A DNA stretch of 64,000 nucleotides from Candidatus Nanoarchaeia archaeon (GTDB taxonomy: Archaea > Nanobdellota > Nanobdellia > Woesearchaeales > UBA525). The notes beneath the pieces are model-generated. The model searched no databases. It was not told where the DNA came from and saw nothing but the letters and a program-made list of their open reading frames with translations. The position numbers and the translations under genes were made by a program. The stretch spans positions 92,963 to 156,962 of the forward strand of contig JANQNB010000010.1 of the NCBI GenBank assembly GCA_028279755.1, read 5' to 3'. Shown here piece after piece: positions 43,394-54,152 of the stretch. How positions within the stretch are numbered: the first letter of the stretch is position 1; the number at the start of each line of letters is the position of its first letter.

Positions 43394-45876
43394 GCCTCTG
43401 TTTCCTGTATCTCTTCGCCTTCTTCTTTGGCGATCTTGGCGCACGCGACGACCTGGTCGCCGCTGTTGAGGTTCATGACTCGGACTCCTTGGGTGTTGCG
43501 TCCGATCACGCGAATATCCTTTGTATCGGTTCGTATCACGATGCCGTTCTTGGTGCTGAGCATGATGCCGTCGCCGCCGTTCGTGCTCCGGATCGCGACG
43601 ACGTCGCCGTTCCTGCTGGAGCAGATGATGTTGCGCACGCCAAGCCCACCACGATTGATCAGTCGGTAATCAGCGATCGGCGATCGCTTGCCATAACCGT
43701 TCGCAGTCACGGTCAAGACGCTCATCTCGTCAGCTGCCTTGATCGCGCCGACGACGTGGTCGCCAGGCCGTAATTTGATGCCGCGCACGCCGGTCGCGGC
43801 GCGTCCCATGGCCCTGACATCGGTCTCGTGGAACTTGACTGCCTGCCCTTTCGCGCTGCCAAGCAATATCTGGTCGCCGCCGCTGGTCTTGAGCACAGTA
43901 ACGAGCGAATCGCCCTGCGCGAGATTGATCGCGATGATCCCGCCCTCGCGTGGCCGGGAATAATCAGACAATGGCGTCTTCTTCACTGTGCCCTTCCTGG
44001 TCGCGAACAAGAGATACTCTGTTGCGCTGAACTGCTTGATCGGGATCACGGCATTGACAAGCTCGCCAGGCTGCAGCTTCACGAGATTGATGATAGCTTT
44101 GCCTTTGCTCTGCCTGCTCGCTTCTGGCAGGAAGTAGACTTTTTTCCAGTAGACCTTGCCTTTGTCAGTGAAGATCATGAGGTAATCGTGCGTGTTCGCG
44201 ACAAAGAGGTGCTCGATGAAGTCGTCTTCGCGCGTTGTCGCGCCGATCACGCCTTTCCCGCCGCGTCGCTGTTCGCGATAGAGTGAGATTGGCATGCGCT
44301 TGGCATAGCCAGCATGAGAAATTGTAACGACCTGCTCCTGCGGATCGATCAGGTCCTCGAGGTCAAGCTCTTCGTCTTCGACGTCGACGATCTGGGTCTT
44401 GCGCTCGTCGCCGTATTTCTCGACCAGTTCCTGCAGTTCTTTCTTGATGATGGTCAGGATCTTGGCTTCGTCAGCCAGGATCGCGTTGAGTTGCGCGATG
44501 CGCGCTTTCAGTTCCTCGAGCTCTTGCTTGATCTTCTCGCGCTCAAGCGCTGCGAGCTTCTGCAGCTTCATGTCGAGGATGGCGTTCGCCTGGATCTCAG
44601 TCAATTGGTAGCCTGACATCAGGCCGGCGCGTGCTGCCGCAACGTCTTTCGCTTTCTTGATCAGTGCGACGACCGCGTCGATGTTCTGCAGCGCGATCGT
44701 CAAGCCTTCGAGGATGTGCGCCCGCTCTTTGGCTTTCTTGAGCTCATATTCTGTTCGTCGACGAACGACCTTGCGCCGGTGCAGGACATACTGCTCCAGT
44801 ATCGGCTTCAGACCAAGCGTCTTCGGCTTGCCGTCCACGAGCGCGACCATGTTGATGCCGAAGGTCACCTGCAAGCGCGTGTGCATGAACAATTGGTTCT
44901 CAACGATCTCAGGATTCGCGTCTTTCTTCAGTTCGACGACAATGCGCATGCCTTTGCGATCGCTCTCGTCGCGCAGGTCAGAAATCCCGTCAACGCGTTT
45001 TTCACGGACACAGTCTGCGATCTGTTCGACCAGGTGCGATTTGTTCACAAGATAGGGGATTTCACTGACAACAAGGCGCTTCTTCCCGGCTTTCTCTTCC
45101 AGCTCGACAACGCTCTTCACCCGGATCCTGCCGCGACCTGAGCCGTACGCTTGCGCGATCCCTGCCTTGCCAGCAATGATGCCGCCTGTGGGGAAGTCTG
45201 GGCCGTGGACATGCTCGAGCAGTTCTGTCGCTTCGAGCTGCGGATTCTCGATGAGCGCGATGACTGCCTTGCTCACTTCTTGGAGATTATGCGGTGGAAT
45301 GTTGGTTGCCATGCCGACTGCGATGCCTGCTGAGCCGTTGATGAGCAGGTTTGGCAGTTTCGCTGGCAGCACGCTTGGCTCTTGGAGCGAGCCGTCGAAG
45401 TTCTCCTGGAAGTCCACCGTGTCCTTGTCGATGTCCTGGAGCAGCTCTTCGCTGATCTTCGCCAGTCGCGCTTCGGTATATCGCATTGCTGCTGCAGAAT
45501 CGCCGTCCACGCTGCCGAAGTTGCCCTGGCCATGGATCAGCGGGTATCGCAATGAGAAGTCCTGTGCCATGCGGACGAGGGTGTCGTACACTGCTGAATC
45601 GCCGTGTGGGTGGTACTTACCAAGGACCTCACCCACGATACGGGCGCATTTCTTGAACGGCGCGCTGTGCTTCATGCCCAGCTCGTTCATCGCGTAGAGG
45701 ATGCGGCGGTGCACTGGCTTGAGGCCGTCGCGCACGTCTGGCAATGCGCGGCCGACGATGACGCTCATGGCATAGTCCATATAGGAGCGTTTCATCTCGT
45801 CTTCGATGACTTGCGGGACGACTTTTTCGTCCGGTTCGCTGGCTGCTTCGTATTCCTTGTCTGCCATGGTGCGCAC
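43390..45876 (-). CDS. gyrA: DNA gyrase subunit A
   Basis: …[29 protein letters not shown]… (active-site Tyr region); 828 aa with C-terminal beta-pinwheel repeats. gyrB is not in the window. Confidence 0.9.
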   Translation of the reverse strand: MRTMADKEYEAASEPDEKVVPQVIEDEMKRSYMDYAMSVIVGRALPDVRDGLKPVHRRILYAMNELGMKHSAPFKKCARIVGEVLGKYHPHGDSAVYDTLVRMAQDFSLRYPLIHGQGNFGSVDGDSAAAMRYTEARLAKISEELLQDIDKDTVDFQENFDGSLQEPSVLPAKLPNLLINGSAGIAVGMATNIPPHNLQEVSKAVIALIENPQLEATELLEHVHGPDFPTGGIIAGKAGIAQAYGSGRGRIRVKSVVELEEKAGKKRLVVSEIPYLVNKSHLVEQIADCVREKRVDGISDLRDESDRKGMRIVVELKKDANPEIVENQLFMHTRLQVTFGINMVALVDGKPKTLGLKPILEQYVLHRRKVVRRRTEYELKKAKERAHILEGLTIALQNIDAVVALIKKAKDVAAARAGLMSGYQLTEIQANAILDMKLQKLAALEREKIKQELEELKARIAQLNAILADEAKILTIIKKELQELVEKYGDERKTQIVDVEDEELDLEDLIDPQEQVVTISHAGYAKRMPISLYREQRRGGKGVIGATTREDDFIEHLFVANTHDYLMIFTDKGKVYWKKVYFLPEASRQSKGKAIINLVKLQPGELVNAVIPIKQFSATEYLLFATRKGTVKKTPLSDYSRPREGGIIAINLAQGDSLVTVLKTSGGDQILLGSAKGQAVKFHETDVRAMGRAATGVRGIKLRPGDHVVGAIKAADEMSVLTVTANGYGKRSPIADYRLINRGGLGVRNIICSSRNGDVVAIRSTNGGDGIMLSTKNGIVIRTDTKDIRVIGRNTQGVRVMNLNSGDQVVACAKIAKEEGEEIQETEA

Positions 45877-45954
45877 AGGAGAATTTTTCTCTGTTTCTCG
45901 ACGATAAAGAGGGTCGTAAATTTGTTTATAATGCTTTGGATTTGTGAATAATTA

Positions 45955-45964
45955 TCTATATAGA
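45955..45964. promoter_or_regulatory. Second copy of the palindrome TCTATATAGA in an AT-rich context (AATTATCTATATAGAAAATAATAAC), in the divergent gyrA / membrane-protein intergenic region; separate TATA-like 'TTTATAAT' (45925-45932) and 'AATTTAAAAA' (~45990) flank it
   Basis: Seen directly; compare 14101..14110. Confidence 0.35.
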
Positions 45965-46055
45965 AAATAATAACTTTCTTCACACCAAAATTTAAAAACA
46001 CCGCCAGGATGAACCCTTGTAGAAACCTGGTTATTCCAGGGAGTGGGGTGATTGC

Positions 46056-46601
46056 GTGACATTTGGAAAGATATTCAGTAACTTCTTCGGCATGGTCAAG
46101 CTGGAAGACGCAGCCTATGACGAGACCACGAAGGCGAACTTTGGCATGGCAGCATTGAACCTTGTTATGGTGGCAGTGGCCATGGCCCTGGGCACCTTCT
46201 GGGTGATGGGAGGAGCTTTAAGCTTGATCACCAACCTGGTCGGCACCTTTATCGGGTTGCTCCTGGGATACTTTATCCTGACCCTGGTGTTCTGGGTCTT
46301 TGCCAAGATCTTCGGCGGCACTGGCGGCTACATGCCACACTACATCGGCCTGACTTTCGTGGGCCTCTGGGGTCTCCTGTACATCATTCCCTGGGTTGGC
46401 ACCTATCTGGCAAGCCTTGGCGGCCTGTGGGGCATCGTCATGAACATCCTGTATGTCAGGAAGCTCCACCAGATCTCGACAGGCAAGGCGGTTGCAGCTG
46501 TGCTGATCCCGTACGCGCTGATCATCATCCTCGTGGTGATCATCATGGTCGCGGTGCTGGCAACGATGTTCGCAGGCTTGGGTATGGCTGGCGGCTTCTA
46601 G
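46056..46601 (+). CDS. Integral membrane protein, Yip1-like (5 TM)
   Basis: Hydrophobic profile; Gly-rich TM helices (…GGALSLITNLVGTFIGLLLGYFILTLVFWVFAKIFGG…). Confidence 0.5.
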   Translation: MTFGKIFSNFFGMVKLEDAAYDETTKANFGMAALNLVMVAVAMALGTFWVMGGALSLITNLVGTFIGLLLGYFILTLVFWVFAKIFGGTGGYMPHYIGLTFVGLWGLLYIIPWVGTYLASLGGLWGIVMNILYVRKLHQISTGKAVAAVLIPYALIIILVVIIMVAVLATMFAGLGMAGGF

Positions 46602-46636
46602 CAAGATTTTTAAACCCCTTTTCTCAGATTCTTTCA

Positions 46637-47113
46637 ATGCAAGTCAACGACAAGCTCAAGACGAAAGGCTGGTCTGCCAAGGAGATCAAGCACGCACACC
46701 GTGTGTTAAAACGGGCTGACAAGAAGAAGCACCCGGCCTACAAGTTCTTGGAAGTGGCGGTCTTCTGGGCCCTGCTCTTCATCACCGTGCTCGGCATGTT
46801 CCTGATCAGCCTGGTCATCATGCCCCTGCTTCTCGTGCTGCCGCTCGGCCTGCTCATCCTCATCCTTGCCATCTTCGGATTGTGCCTCGGCTCCTTGTTC
46901 GCCATCCTCATTCCTGATATCGAATGGCTCGAGAAGAAGCATCACGCGTTTAACATCATCATCCTGGCGGCGCTTGCCGTGCTGAACGTCTGGCTGATCG
47001 TCACGAAAGTGGACGCGATCGCCGGCAGCGAGCATCCCGGCCTGCTCCTGGGCGCGATCTTCGCCCTGGCTCTCTTGCTCCCCTACATATTCCATCTCTG
47101 CACGCGAAAATGA
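46637..47113 (+). CDS. Small membrane protein (3-4 TM), hypothetical
   Basis: Started at the internal Met MQVNDKLKTKGWSAKEIKHAH…; the upstream part of the track ORF overlaps the previous gene and is Arg/His-rich junk. Confidence 0.45.
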   Translation: MQVNDKLKTKGWSAKEIKHAHRVLKRADKKKHPAYKFLEVAVFWALLFITVLGMFLISLVIMPLLLVLPLGLLILILAIFGLCLGSLFAILIPDIEWLEKKHHAFNIIILAALAVLNVWLIVTKVDAIAGSEHPGLLLGAIFALALLLPYIFHLCTRK

Positions 47114-47502
47114 CACTCACTGACTGGGCGACCGCCTATATCAAGCACCGCGACCTGTTCGAGCGGAAAATCGCACGCATCGAGCAAAAGGAACAGGAAC
47201 TCCTCATAACGCACAAAGACGACTCTGTCCATCCCTGTTTTGTCCTCGACACCCTCGACGAACCCATACTGGAGAAACTCGGCAGAATCCACATCGTCAC
47301 CAAGAACCTGAAAGACAACGTCGCGTTCGTCGCGAAGCACTGGAAGGAATTCTCGCAGCACGAAGGACTCAAGCTCATCTTCGCGAACGAAGCGCGCAAT
47401 GAGAAATGGGTTCTGATCCCGCACGGCCATGCCAAGATTGCCGATCCGGCAAGCCTGAAAACTGGTCTCTTAGCGATGCACGACGCAGTGCCAGAAGGCT
47501 AA
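47110..47502 (+). CDS. Hypothetical cytoplasmic protein (130 aa)
   Basis: ATGA overlap with the preceding gene; no recognisable motif. Confidence 0.45.
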   Translation: MTLTDWATAYIKHRDLFERKIARIEQKEQELLITHKDDSVHPCFVLDTLDEPILEKLGRIHIVTKNLKDNVAFVAKHWKEFSQHEGLKLIFANEARNEKWVLIPHGHAKIADPASLKTGLLAMHDAVPEG

Positions 47503-48404
47503 TTCTCCAGGCTGGAGTCATGCACTGGGAGTTCTGGCTGTGGTGGCTCTCGTGGCGGCGCCTGCCTCTTCTTCTCGAAGATGAAGGCGAGCACAGCCAC
47601 GATGATGAAAGCCGCGATGAGTCCCATCCAGAGAATCATGCGCAGCTGGCTTTTCTCAGGTGCTTCAACAGGGGTTTCGATCTCGTCAACAACGCTTCCG
47701 GTCGACGCTTCCGGCGCAGTCTCCTCTGGCGGCGCCACGATGATCGTCTCGTTCGGCTCTGGCTCAGTCTCGTTCGTTGGCCATTCGAACTGCTCTTCCA
47801 GCTCTTCCATCTCGAAGTCAGCGCCAGCCTGATCGACCTTGATGACCCTGATGAGGATATCGTTGACTGTGTCAGCGTCGAGATCGACCTCCTTCTCCTC
47901 ACCTTCAGCAACCTCAACCTCAAGCGGCTCTGATTCGAACAGGAACGTAACGACCTTGTTCACGATGCGCTTGATCGTCACCCGATGGCTGTGCGTGCCG
48001 ACAGTGAAATCCCTGCTGGTCTGCAACGAGAGCCGCACCGGCGCAGGCGTCTCGCTCAGCACGAGATCTGCGAATTCAGCGCCGCCTCCACCCCCACCAC
48101 CCCCGCTGGGGATGTCGACAGTCTGGTTGGAGTCATTCGTGGGGCTCGCAGTCGCGAGCGCGGTGAGGAAACCGACTGTGCCTTCATACCCGCCACCGCT
48201 GCCGATCGCGACAGGGCTTGTCGTGAAACTGTAGCGCCCGGTGTAATTGCTGCTGTTCAGCTCGCCGCCAGACAAGGAAGTGGTGAACAAAGGGACTGTG
48301 TAATTGCCCCCGCTCGCGTTGATCGCAGTCGCGACAGGAAGCGCAAGAAGGAAGAGAAGCACAATGATTACACGCATGTTCCGTTGCCCCCGATCACCTC
48401 CCAC
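47499..48404 (-). CDS. Secreted, C-terminally membrane-anchored protein with poly-Gly stretch and acidic region
   Basis: Signal-like MRVIIVLLFLLALPVATA (internal to M1). N-glyc sequons, 'GGGGGGGG', and a C-terminal TM LRMILWMGLIAAFIIVAVLAFIF + KKRQ. Immediately downstream of the giant surface-protein gene. Confidence 0.5.
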   Translation of the reverse strand: MGGDRGQRNMRVIIVLLFLLALPVATAINASGGNYTVPLFTTSLSGGELNSSNYTGRYSFTTSPVAIGSGGGYEGTVGFLTALATASPTNDSNQTVDIPSGGGGGGGGAEFADLVLSETPAPVRLSLQTSRDFTVGTHSHRVTIKRIVNKVVTFLFESEPLEVEVAEGEEKEVDLDADTVNDILIRVIKVDQAGADFEMEELEEQFEWPTNETEPEPNETIIVAPPEETAPEASTGSVVDEIETPVEAPEKSQLRMILWMGLIAAFIIVAVLAFIFEKKRQAPPREPPQPELPVHDSSLEN

Positions 48405-51400
48405 GCGGTGCTGTTGTAGAAGCAGAGGGCGTTGGAACTGTCGACATAAAGATCGCCCAGACCACCGGCTCCTGGAGCGCTAGCACGTGGCGTCAGGGAA
48501 AGCACATCGTTGATTGTCACATTATTTGTTGAATTGATCATTCCCGTCGAATTGGTCCAGCCGGCAGCGCTGCTCTGATACGGCACGCTCGTCAGGTAGG
48601 TCGCGTTGCCGAGTGTTTCGTTCCATGCGAGCACGCCGCTGTTGTTGTAGAGCCATTCGCTTCCTGTGATGCTCCATTTGCTGCCGCTGCCACCGACGGT
48701 GCTGAGGCAAGTCGTGCTGTTGATGCAGATGTCACTTGTCGCGTTGATGACGCCCACGACATGCAATGCAGTCTGCGGGGAAAAGGTGCCGATGCCGACA
48801 TTCCCGCCAAGCACAGTCAGGTTACCAGTGCTGATGTTCACGTCAAGATTTGTCCAGATCTGCGTCGTCGTGTTCGACCAGCCAGCTGCACTGTTCTGGT
48901 ATGGCACGCTCGTGAGATAGGTGCTGTTCGCGAGCGTTTCGTTCCATTCGAGTATTCCTGAGTTGTTGATGAGCCATTCGCTTGTGCTGATGTCCCAGAC
49001 AGTGTCTGTGCTGCCGCTTTGGTTGCAGAGTCCGTTAGTTGGTGTGCATACTTGGCTGCCGTTGACTGTCAGGTTCTGTGTGAATGCCCAGGTTCCAGTG
49101 ATGTTCTCGTTCTGTGCGAGGAATGGCACGAGGCTGAGATTTGCTGCCCATAATGGGTCGCTTTCTGTGTAGCTGGTGAGGTATCCTGCTGCGCTGTGGT
49201 TGCCCCACGCGTATGCCGTGTCCCAGCTTGTCTTGTTGTAGCCGGAATAGTTCGCTGCCCAGAGCGGGTCGCTTTCTGTGTAGCTCGTCAAGTAGGTTGC
49301 GTTTCCTCGTGTGTAGTTCCAGTCGAGGACACCGCTGTTGTTGATGAGCCAGCCGCTTGTGGTGATGTTCCATTTGCTGCCGCTGCCACCGACGGTGCTC
49401 AGACAGGTCGTGCTGTTGATGCAGATGTCGCCTGTCGCGTTGATCGTGCCGATGACATGCAACGTACTGTTTGGGTCCGACGTACCGACTCCGATGAAAT
49501 TACTGCCGTTCTCGAAACTGAGCACGTCGTAATTGGAAGCATTCTTCACGAGTAGGTCGCCGTTGATCGTCTGGAACTCCCATTCCTGGTTCCCACCTGA
49601 CATGAAGGTGAGACCGTGGCCATTGTTGGCGCTGTTCGCATCGATGAGGACATAGACGCTGCCAGCCGAGCTGAAGAAGCGATGATTGAGACCCTGCACA
49701 TCGAGTTCGTAGCTTGGCGTGTTGGTGTTGATTCCCACCCTGCCGTTTTTGTTGTCGACGAACAGATTTGGTTCCAGCAAGCTACCATCAAAGCCGATGC
49801 TGACATTGGTCGAGTTGCTGACAAGCGAAATCAATGAGCTCGTGTTCTGCCAACCGCCGGTGCCGTCTGCGCTTCCTCCGCTTGCGTTAATCTCGATGGT
49901 GCTGCCGCTTCTCGTGACTGTCACGCCAGAGCCGCCGGTAAGGTTGACGGTCGTACCGTTGGTGATGCTTGTGCTGCCACTCGTGCCGCTAGCTGCGAGG
50001 AGCCAGCCTGTGTAGTTGCCGCCTCCGCCGCTTCCGTTGCACAGGCCGTTGTTCTGCGTGCACACTTGGCTGTCGTTGACGTAGAGCGTTCCGGTGATGT
50101 TTGTTGTGCTTGCGTTGAGGTAGATGTCGCCGCCTGCTGAATAGATCGCCCAGTTGTTGTCTGCGCCTGCGACGTTGTCGAGGTAGATGCCGTAGAGGTT
50201 GTGCGTGCCAGCGCCGGCGTTGTCGATGTGACCGATGTTGAGGTGCAGCCCGTAAGTGTTGATCGTTCCGCCGGTCGCGCCGGTGCGGTTCGTAACGCTA
50301 GCGCGAAGTGCGTAGGTGTTATCAGTCCCTGAAGAGATTGGCGCCCTATTGACGACGTAGAAGTGTCCGGCTGATGTATTGCCATTCCCAATCGTGGAGC
50401 TGCCCCTGTCGGCCCACGCCTGAATGCCTGTTGTTGTATCATTCGCGTCCCAAGCTGCAGCTCTGATACCGTAGATATCGTCGACAGAACCGCTGCCTGT
50501 ATTTGCGGCAAAGCTGTCCATGGCATACATGATGGTGACATTGCCAGAGCCTTGGTGCCGGATGTCGTTGTAGATGCCCGCGATCTCGCCGATGTTCTGC
50601 GAGTTTGCGCTGTGTGTGAAGATCTCATTGTCGATGCCGAAGAAGCTCTGCGCCGTAGCGTCAGCTTGTGGACTGAGCAGGTGGTAATTGATGATGCCTT
50701 CTGTGTACCCGGCAGTGAGGTTTGTGTGGTTCTCACCAATATTCAGCGTGACATCCACAACGCCAGGCCAGAGGACCAAGATTTGATCGATCGATGCGTC
50801 GCTACCGAGCGCCATGTGCTCGGCCACGTCGAGCGTGCCGTTGATGCTGACGTTCAGACTCGTATTGGTCTGTGTCGAGCCGTTTGTCCAGCCGCCGGTG
50901 CCGTTTGCGGAGCCGCCGCTGCACAAGCCATTGCTTGCGGTGCAGACGCGGTTGCCTGATTCCACAAAGAGCGAGCCTGAAGCGTTGACATACGCCACGG
51001 TGGTGTTCGTGCCGTTCTTCCACTCAGTCAGATTGGCGGCTTGAGAAGCAACACCCCTGATGGCAAGAGGTACGACAGTAGTATTCATCGTCTCGATCTC
51101 TACTTGCGCGGTAGGAGCGGTTTCGACCACGCCCAGCTTACCATCACTGAGCACGGTGAGATACCTATCAGTTCCGACGTATGGTCGTATCTGGAAAAGC
51201 TCTGCTGTTTGTCCATTCGCTCCGCGAATAACAAAGGTTTTCTTTGACACATTCGTCGAGCCTGCAGTTGTTCTCGCATCGCTGACTGGAGTCGTGCTTC
51301 CCAAGCCAATTCTGTTATTGATGGGATCTACGAAGAGTAAATCGAAGTCATCGTGGCTGCTGAACACCAGCCCTCCAGTGTTTTGTTGGTGGAGCGCGAC

Positions 51401-52453
51401 GAAATCATCGCTGCCGGATTGTGCGTTCTTGAACACTACTGACCAATACGACTGGCTGGGCACCTCAAAGGCTGCGACGGTACCGATGCCGCCCCAACTT
51501 CCATTTGTTCGGTTAACATGCAAGCCTCCCTGAGGATTAGACGTGCCGATACCGACATTCAAGGTTGTTGATGTGTTCTGGCTGCTGTTGGTCCATCCGC
51601 CGGTGCCGTCTGCGCTGCCACCTGATTGGTTGCACAAGCCGTTTGCTGGCGTGCAGACTTGCGAGCCGTTCACCCAGAGCCGTGAGTTGTTGCCTGAGAA
51701 GTTGCCAGAACCGACCACGTGGAGTGCTTGAGTCGGACTGCTCGTGTTGATGCCTACTCTACCTGTTCCTGATTCGAGGAAGAGCACTGTGCCAGCGCTG
51801 CCGAAGATGTCTTGAAATGTCAGATGCCGGTTTCCAGCATAGATTCTCCATTCCTCTGCCGCTGCCCCGTAGAGTCTGAACCCGTGCCCGTTGTTTGCGC
51901 TGCCTGATTCAATCGAAATGTACGCGCTGCCAGTCGGCGATAAAACCTGGATCTGATTGAACGTGTCGCCCTGGAATGTTAGGAGATTGCTACCTCCCCC
52001 GTTCACTGTGACTTCTCCAGTGATGTTCACGTCCTGCGTTGTTGTCGTCATGGTCCCGTTCGTGCTCCAGCCTGTGACTGTGCTCTCGTTCACCAGACTC
52101 TGATTGTTGATCAAGCCAAGGGAGGAATACCAGGTGAGCCGTTCGCTGCCGTCGAAGTCAAGATCGGTGCCGTCGATCGCGTAATCCTTCCAGTACTGCT
52201 TGCCGAACTCAGCATTAGTCAAATTTACCTGTACGTTCCACGAGCCATTCACGATCGCGCCAGTATAGGTGTTATTGAAGAGCGCAGTCCCGCCAGTGGC
52301 CGCATCCCAGAGTGTGATGGTCAAATCTGCGCTCGCCACTGTCGTGCCGTTGAGCGTCACGCCGCTGCCTTGGTCAGTGAAGAAGACATCGAGCGCCATG
52401 ACAGGCGTCACGAGCATGAGAAACATGAAGAGTATCCAGAGCTGTCTCACCAT
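48368..52453 (-). CDS. Giant (1361 aa) secreted repeat-rich cell-surface protein (possible S-layer/adhesin-like)
   Basis: Signal peptide MVRQLWILFMFLMLVTPVMA. Dispersed repeats '…V(N/E)GSQVCTP(A/T)NGLCNQSGG(S/T)(A)DGTGGWTN(S/G)S…' and '…LHV(V/I)G.(I/G)N(A/F)…' occur at least 4 times, with abundant NxS/T sequons and very high Thr/Asn/Gly/Ser content. Confidence 0.65.
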   Translation of the reverse strand: MVRQLWILFMFLMLVTPVMALDVFFTDQGSGVTLNGTTVASADLTITLWDAATGGTALFNNTYTGAIVNGSWNVQVNLTNAEFGKQYWKDYAIDGTDLDFDGSERLTWYSSLGLINNQSLVNESTVTGWSTNGTMTTTTQDVNITGEVTVNGGGSNLLTFQGDTFNQIQVLSPTGSAYISIESGSANNGHGFRLYGAAAEEWRIYAGNRHLTFQDIFGSAGTVLFLESGTGRVGINTSSPTQALHVVGSGNFSGNNSRLWVNGSQVCTPANGLCNQSGGSADGTGGWTNSSQNTSTTLNVGIGTSNPQGGLHVNRTNGSWGGIGTVAAFEVPSQSYWSVVFKNAQSGSDDFVALHQQNTGGLVFSSHDDFDLLFVDPINNRIGLGSTTPVSDARTTAGSTNVSKKTFVIRGANGQTAELFQIRPYVGTDRYLTVLSDGKLGVVETAPTAQVEIETMNTTVVPLAIRGVASQAANLTEWKNGTNTTVAYVNASGSLFVESGNRVCTASNGLCSGGSANGTGGWTNGSTQTNTSLNVSINGTLDVAEHMALGSDASIDQILVLWPGVVDVTLNIGENHTNLTAGYTEGIINYHLLSPQADATAQSFFGIDNEIFTHSANSQNIGEIAGIYNDIRHQGSGNVTIMYAMDSFAANTGSGSVDDIYGIRAAAWDANDTTTGIQAWADRGSSTIGNGNTSAGHFYVVNRAPISSGTDNTYALRASVTNRTGATGGTINTYGLHLNIGHIDNAGAGTHNLYGIYLDNVAGADNNWAIYSAGGDIYLNASTTNITGTLYVNDSQVCTQNNGLCNGSGGGGNYTGWLLAASGTSGSTSITNGTTVNLTGGSGVTVTRSGSTIEINASGGSADGTGGWQNTSSLISLVSNSTNVSIGFDGSLLEPNLFVDNKNGRVGINTNTPSYELDVQGLNHRFFSSAGSVYVLIDANSANNGHGLTFMSGGNQEWEFQTINGDLLVKNASNYDVLSFENGSNFIGVGTSDPNSTLHVIGTINATGDICINSTTCLSTVGGSGSKWNITTSGWLINNSGVLDWNYTRGNATYLTSYTESDPLWAANYSGYNKTSWDTAYAWGNHSAAGYLTSYTESDPLWAANLSLVPFLAQNENITGTWAFTQNLTVNGSQVCTPTNGLCNQSGSTDTVWDISTSEWLINNSGILEWNETLANSTYLTSVPYQNSAAGWSNTTTQIWTNLDVNISTGNLTVLGGNVGIGTFSPQTALHVVGVINATSDICINSTTCLSTVGGSGSKWSITGSEWLYNNSGVLAWNETLGNATYLTSVPYQSSAAGWTNSTGMINSTNNVTINDVLSLTPRASAPGAGGLGDLYVDSSNALCFYNSTAWEVIGGNGTCV

Positions 52454-52539
52454 ACCAACCCATGCGTTTTCCGCATCACGCCTTTATATAGTTATCCACC
52501 CTGACAAACTATTTAAACGCCCTGGTGTAGGGGTGCTGC

Positions 52540-53862
52540 ATGGCCTATGACATCGTTGTCGGGCGCAACAAGCGCGACACGAAGAAATACGGGACTGAAG
52601 GCACGATCTATCTCGGCAAGCACTACGTGAAGATGGGCCGAACTACGAGCTTGAGCAATAAGGTCTATCTCGACATGATACGCAGCCACGTCGTGTTCGT
52701 CTGCGGCAAGCGCGGCGGCGGCAAGAGCTACACGATGGGTGTCATCGCCGAAGGCATGGCTGACCTGCCAGAGCACATCAGGCAGAACATCAGTATCATC
52801 ATGCTGGACACGATGGGCATCTACTGGACCATGAAGTACCAGAACATGAAAGACAAAGAACTGCTTGGTGAGTGGGATCTCAAGCCGCACCAGCTCGATC
52901 CGATGATCTTCACGCCGAAAGGCTTCTACAACAAGTACAAGGAGGAAGGCATTCCGACAGACAAGCCCTTCAGCATCAAGCCAAGCGAGCTCCAAGGCAC
53001 TGACTGGACAACGACGTTCGACGTCAACCCGAACGATCCCATCGGCGTGCTGATCCAGCGGACGATCCACGCGTTCCGGGACGCGGACGATAACGATTAC
53101 GACATCGACGACCTCATCGCTGCTATTGAGAAAGATCCTGACGCGTCCAAGGACGTGAAGAACGCCGCGAAAACGCACTTCGAGGCAGCGAAAGGCTGGG
53201 GCGTGTTCGACCGGCAAGGCACAACGCTGAAAGAGCTGGCAGCGCCAGGCCAGATCACAGTCCTTGATGTGAGCTGCTACGCGACTGAAGAGAACGGCTG
53301 GGCGATCAAGGCCTTGGTGATCGGGCTCGTCGCGCAAAAATTGTTCAATCAGCGCATGCTCGCGCGAAAAGACGAGGAATTCCAGGATGTGGAAGAGCAG
53401 ACCAGCTATTTCTCAGAGGAGAAAGGCGACAAGCAGGACTTTCCCATGGTCTGGCTTGTTGTGGATGAAGCGCATGAGTTCATGCCGAACAAAGGAAAGA
53501 CTCTCGCGACCGATCCGCTCGTCACGATCCTGCGCGAAGGCCGGCAGCCAGGCATCTCCTTGATCCTCGCGACCCAGCAGCCGGGCAAGATCCACACCGA
53601 TGTCATGACGCAATCTGATACGATTATCGCCCATAGAATTACTGCGAAGCTCGACACTGACGCCTTGGGCATGCTGATGCAGAGCTACATGCGCTCGGGT
53701 TTGGACGTCGAGCTTGATAATCTCCCAAGAACCAAGGGCGCTGCTCTCATTCTCGACGACAATAACGAGAAGATGTACCCGATACAGATCCGGCCGAGAT
53801 TCACCTGGCACGGCGGCGAAGCCCCGACCGCGCTGAAGAAGAAAAAAGAACTGTTTGATTAA
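52540..53862 (+). CDS. HerA/FtsK-superfamily P-loop ATPase (DUF87-type)
   Basis: Walker A 'VFVCGKRGGGKSYTMG' at ~aa 55; Walker B 'VWLVVDEAHEF' at ~aa 300 (the long A-B spacing is typical of HerA/VirB4-like ATPases); 'ILATQQP' is sensor-like. Confidence 0.7.
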   Translation: MAYDIVVGRNKRDTKKYGTEGTIYLGKHYVKMGRTTSLSNKVYLDMIRSHVVFVCGKRGGGKSYTMGVIAEGMADLPEHIRQNISIIMLDTMGIYWTMKYQNMKDKELLGEWDLKPHQLDPMIFTPKGFYNKYKEEGIPTDKPFSIKPSELQGTDWTTTFDVNPNDPIGVLIQRTIHAFRDADDNDYDIDDLIAAIEKDPDASKDVKNAAKTHFEAAKGWGVFDRQGTTLKELAAPGQITVLDVSCYATEENGWAIKALVIGLVAQKLFNQRMLARKDEEFQDVEEQTSYFSEEKGDKQDFPMVWLVVDEAHEFMPNKGKTLATDPLVTILREGRQPGISLILATQQPGKIHTDVMTQSDTIIAHRITAKLDTDALGMLMQSYMRSGLDVELDNLPRTKGAALILDDNNEKMYPIQIRPRFTWHGGEAPTALKKKKELFD

Positions 53863-54152
53863 CGAACTGCACGCTTTGGCGGATACGCAGTCGCGGGTGA
53901 TGGTCTGTCCCGTATTAGCTGCCTTTCGCGGTCCAGTCGTCCTTTCGCTGCCTGCCACGCTTCCCGTAATTCTGGACTATAGGGCCGATCCCAGAAGGCT
54001 CGTTCTGCGTGATGTGCTGTAACTACTGCTGTTCGATATGCATCCATGTTTTCCCCCCGTGTTACTGTGGCTGCGCGGACTTGCTGGTCATTTATATATT
54101 TGTCTAACAATTGACTTGGCGAAGCGTCCACAGCGCTCAAGGAATTGTTTGA

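Noticed and set aside
52513-53337. 274-aa minus ORF
   Set aside because: Antisense inside the Walker-A/B ATPase gene.
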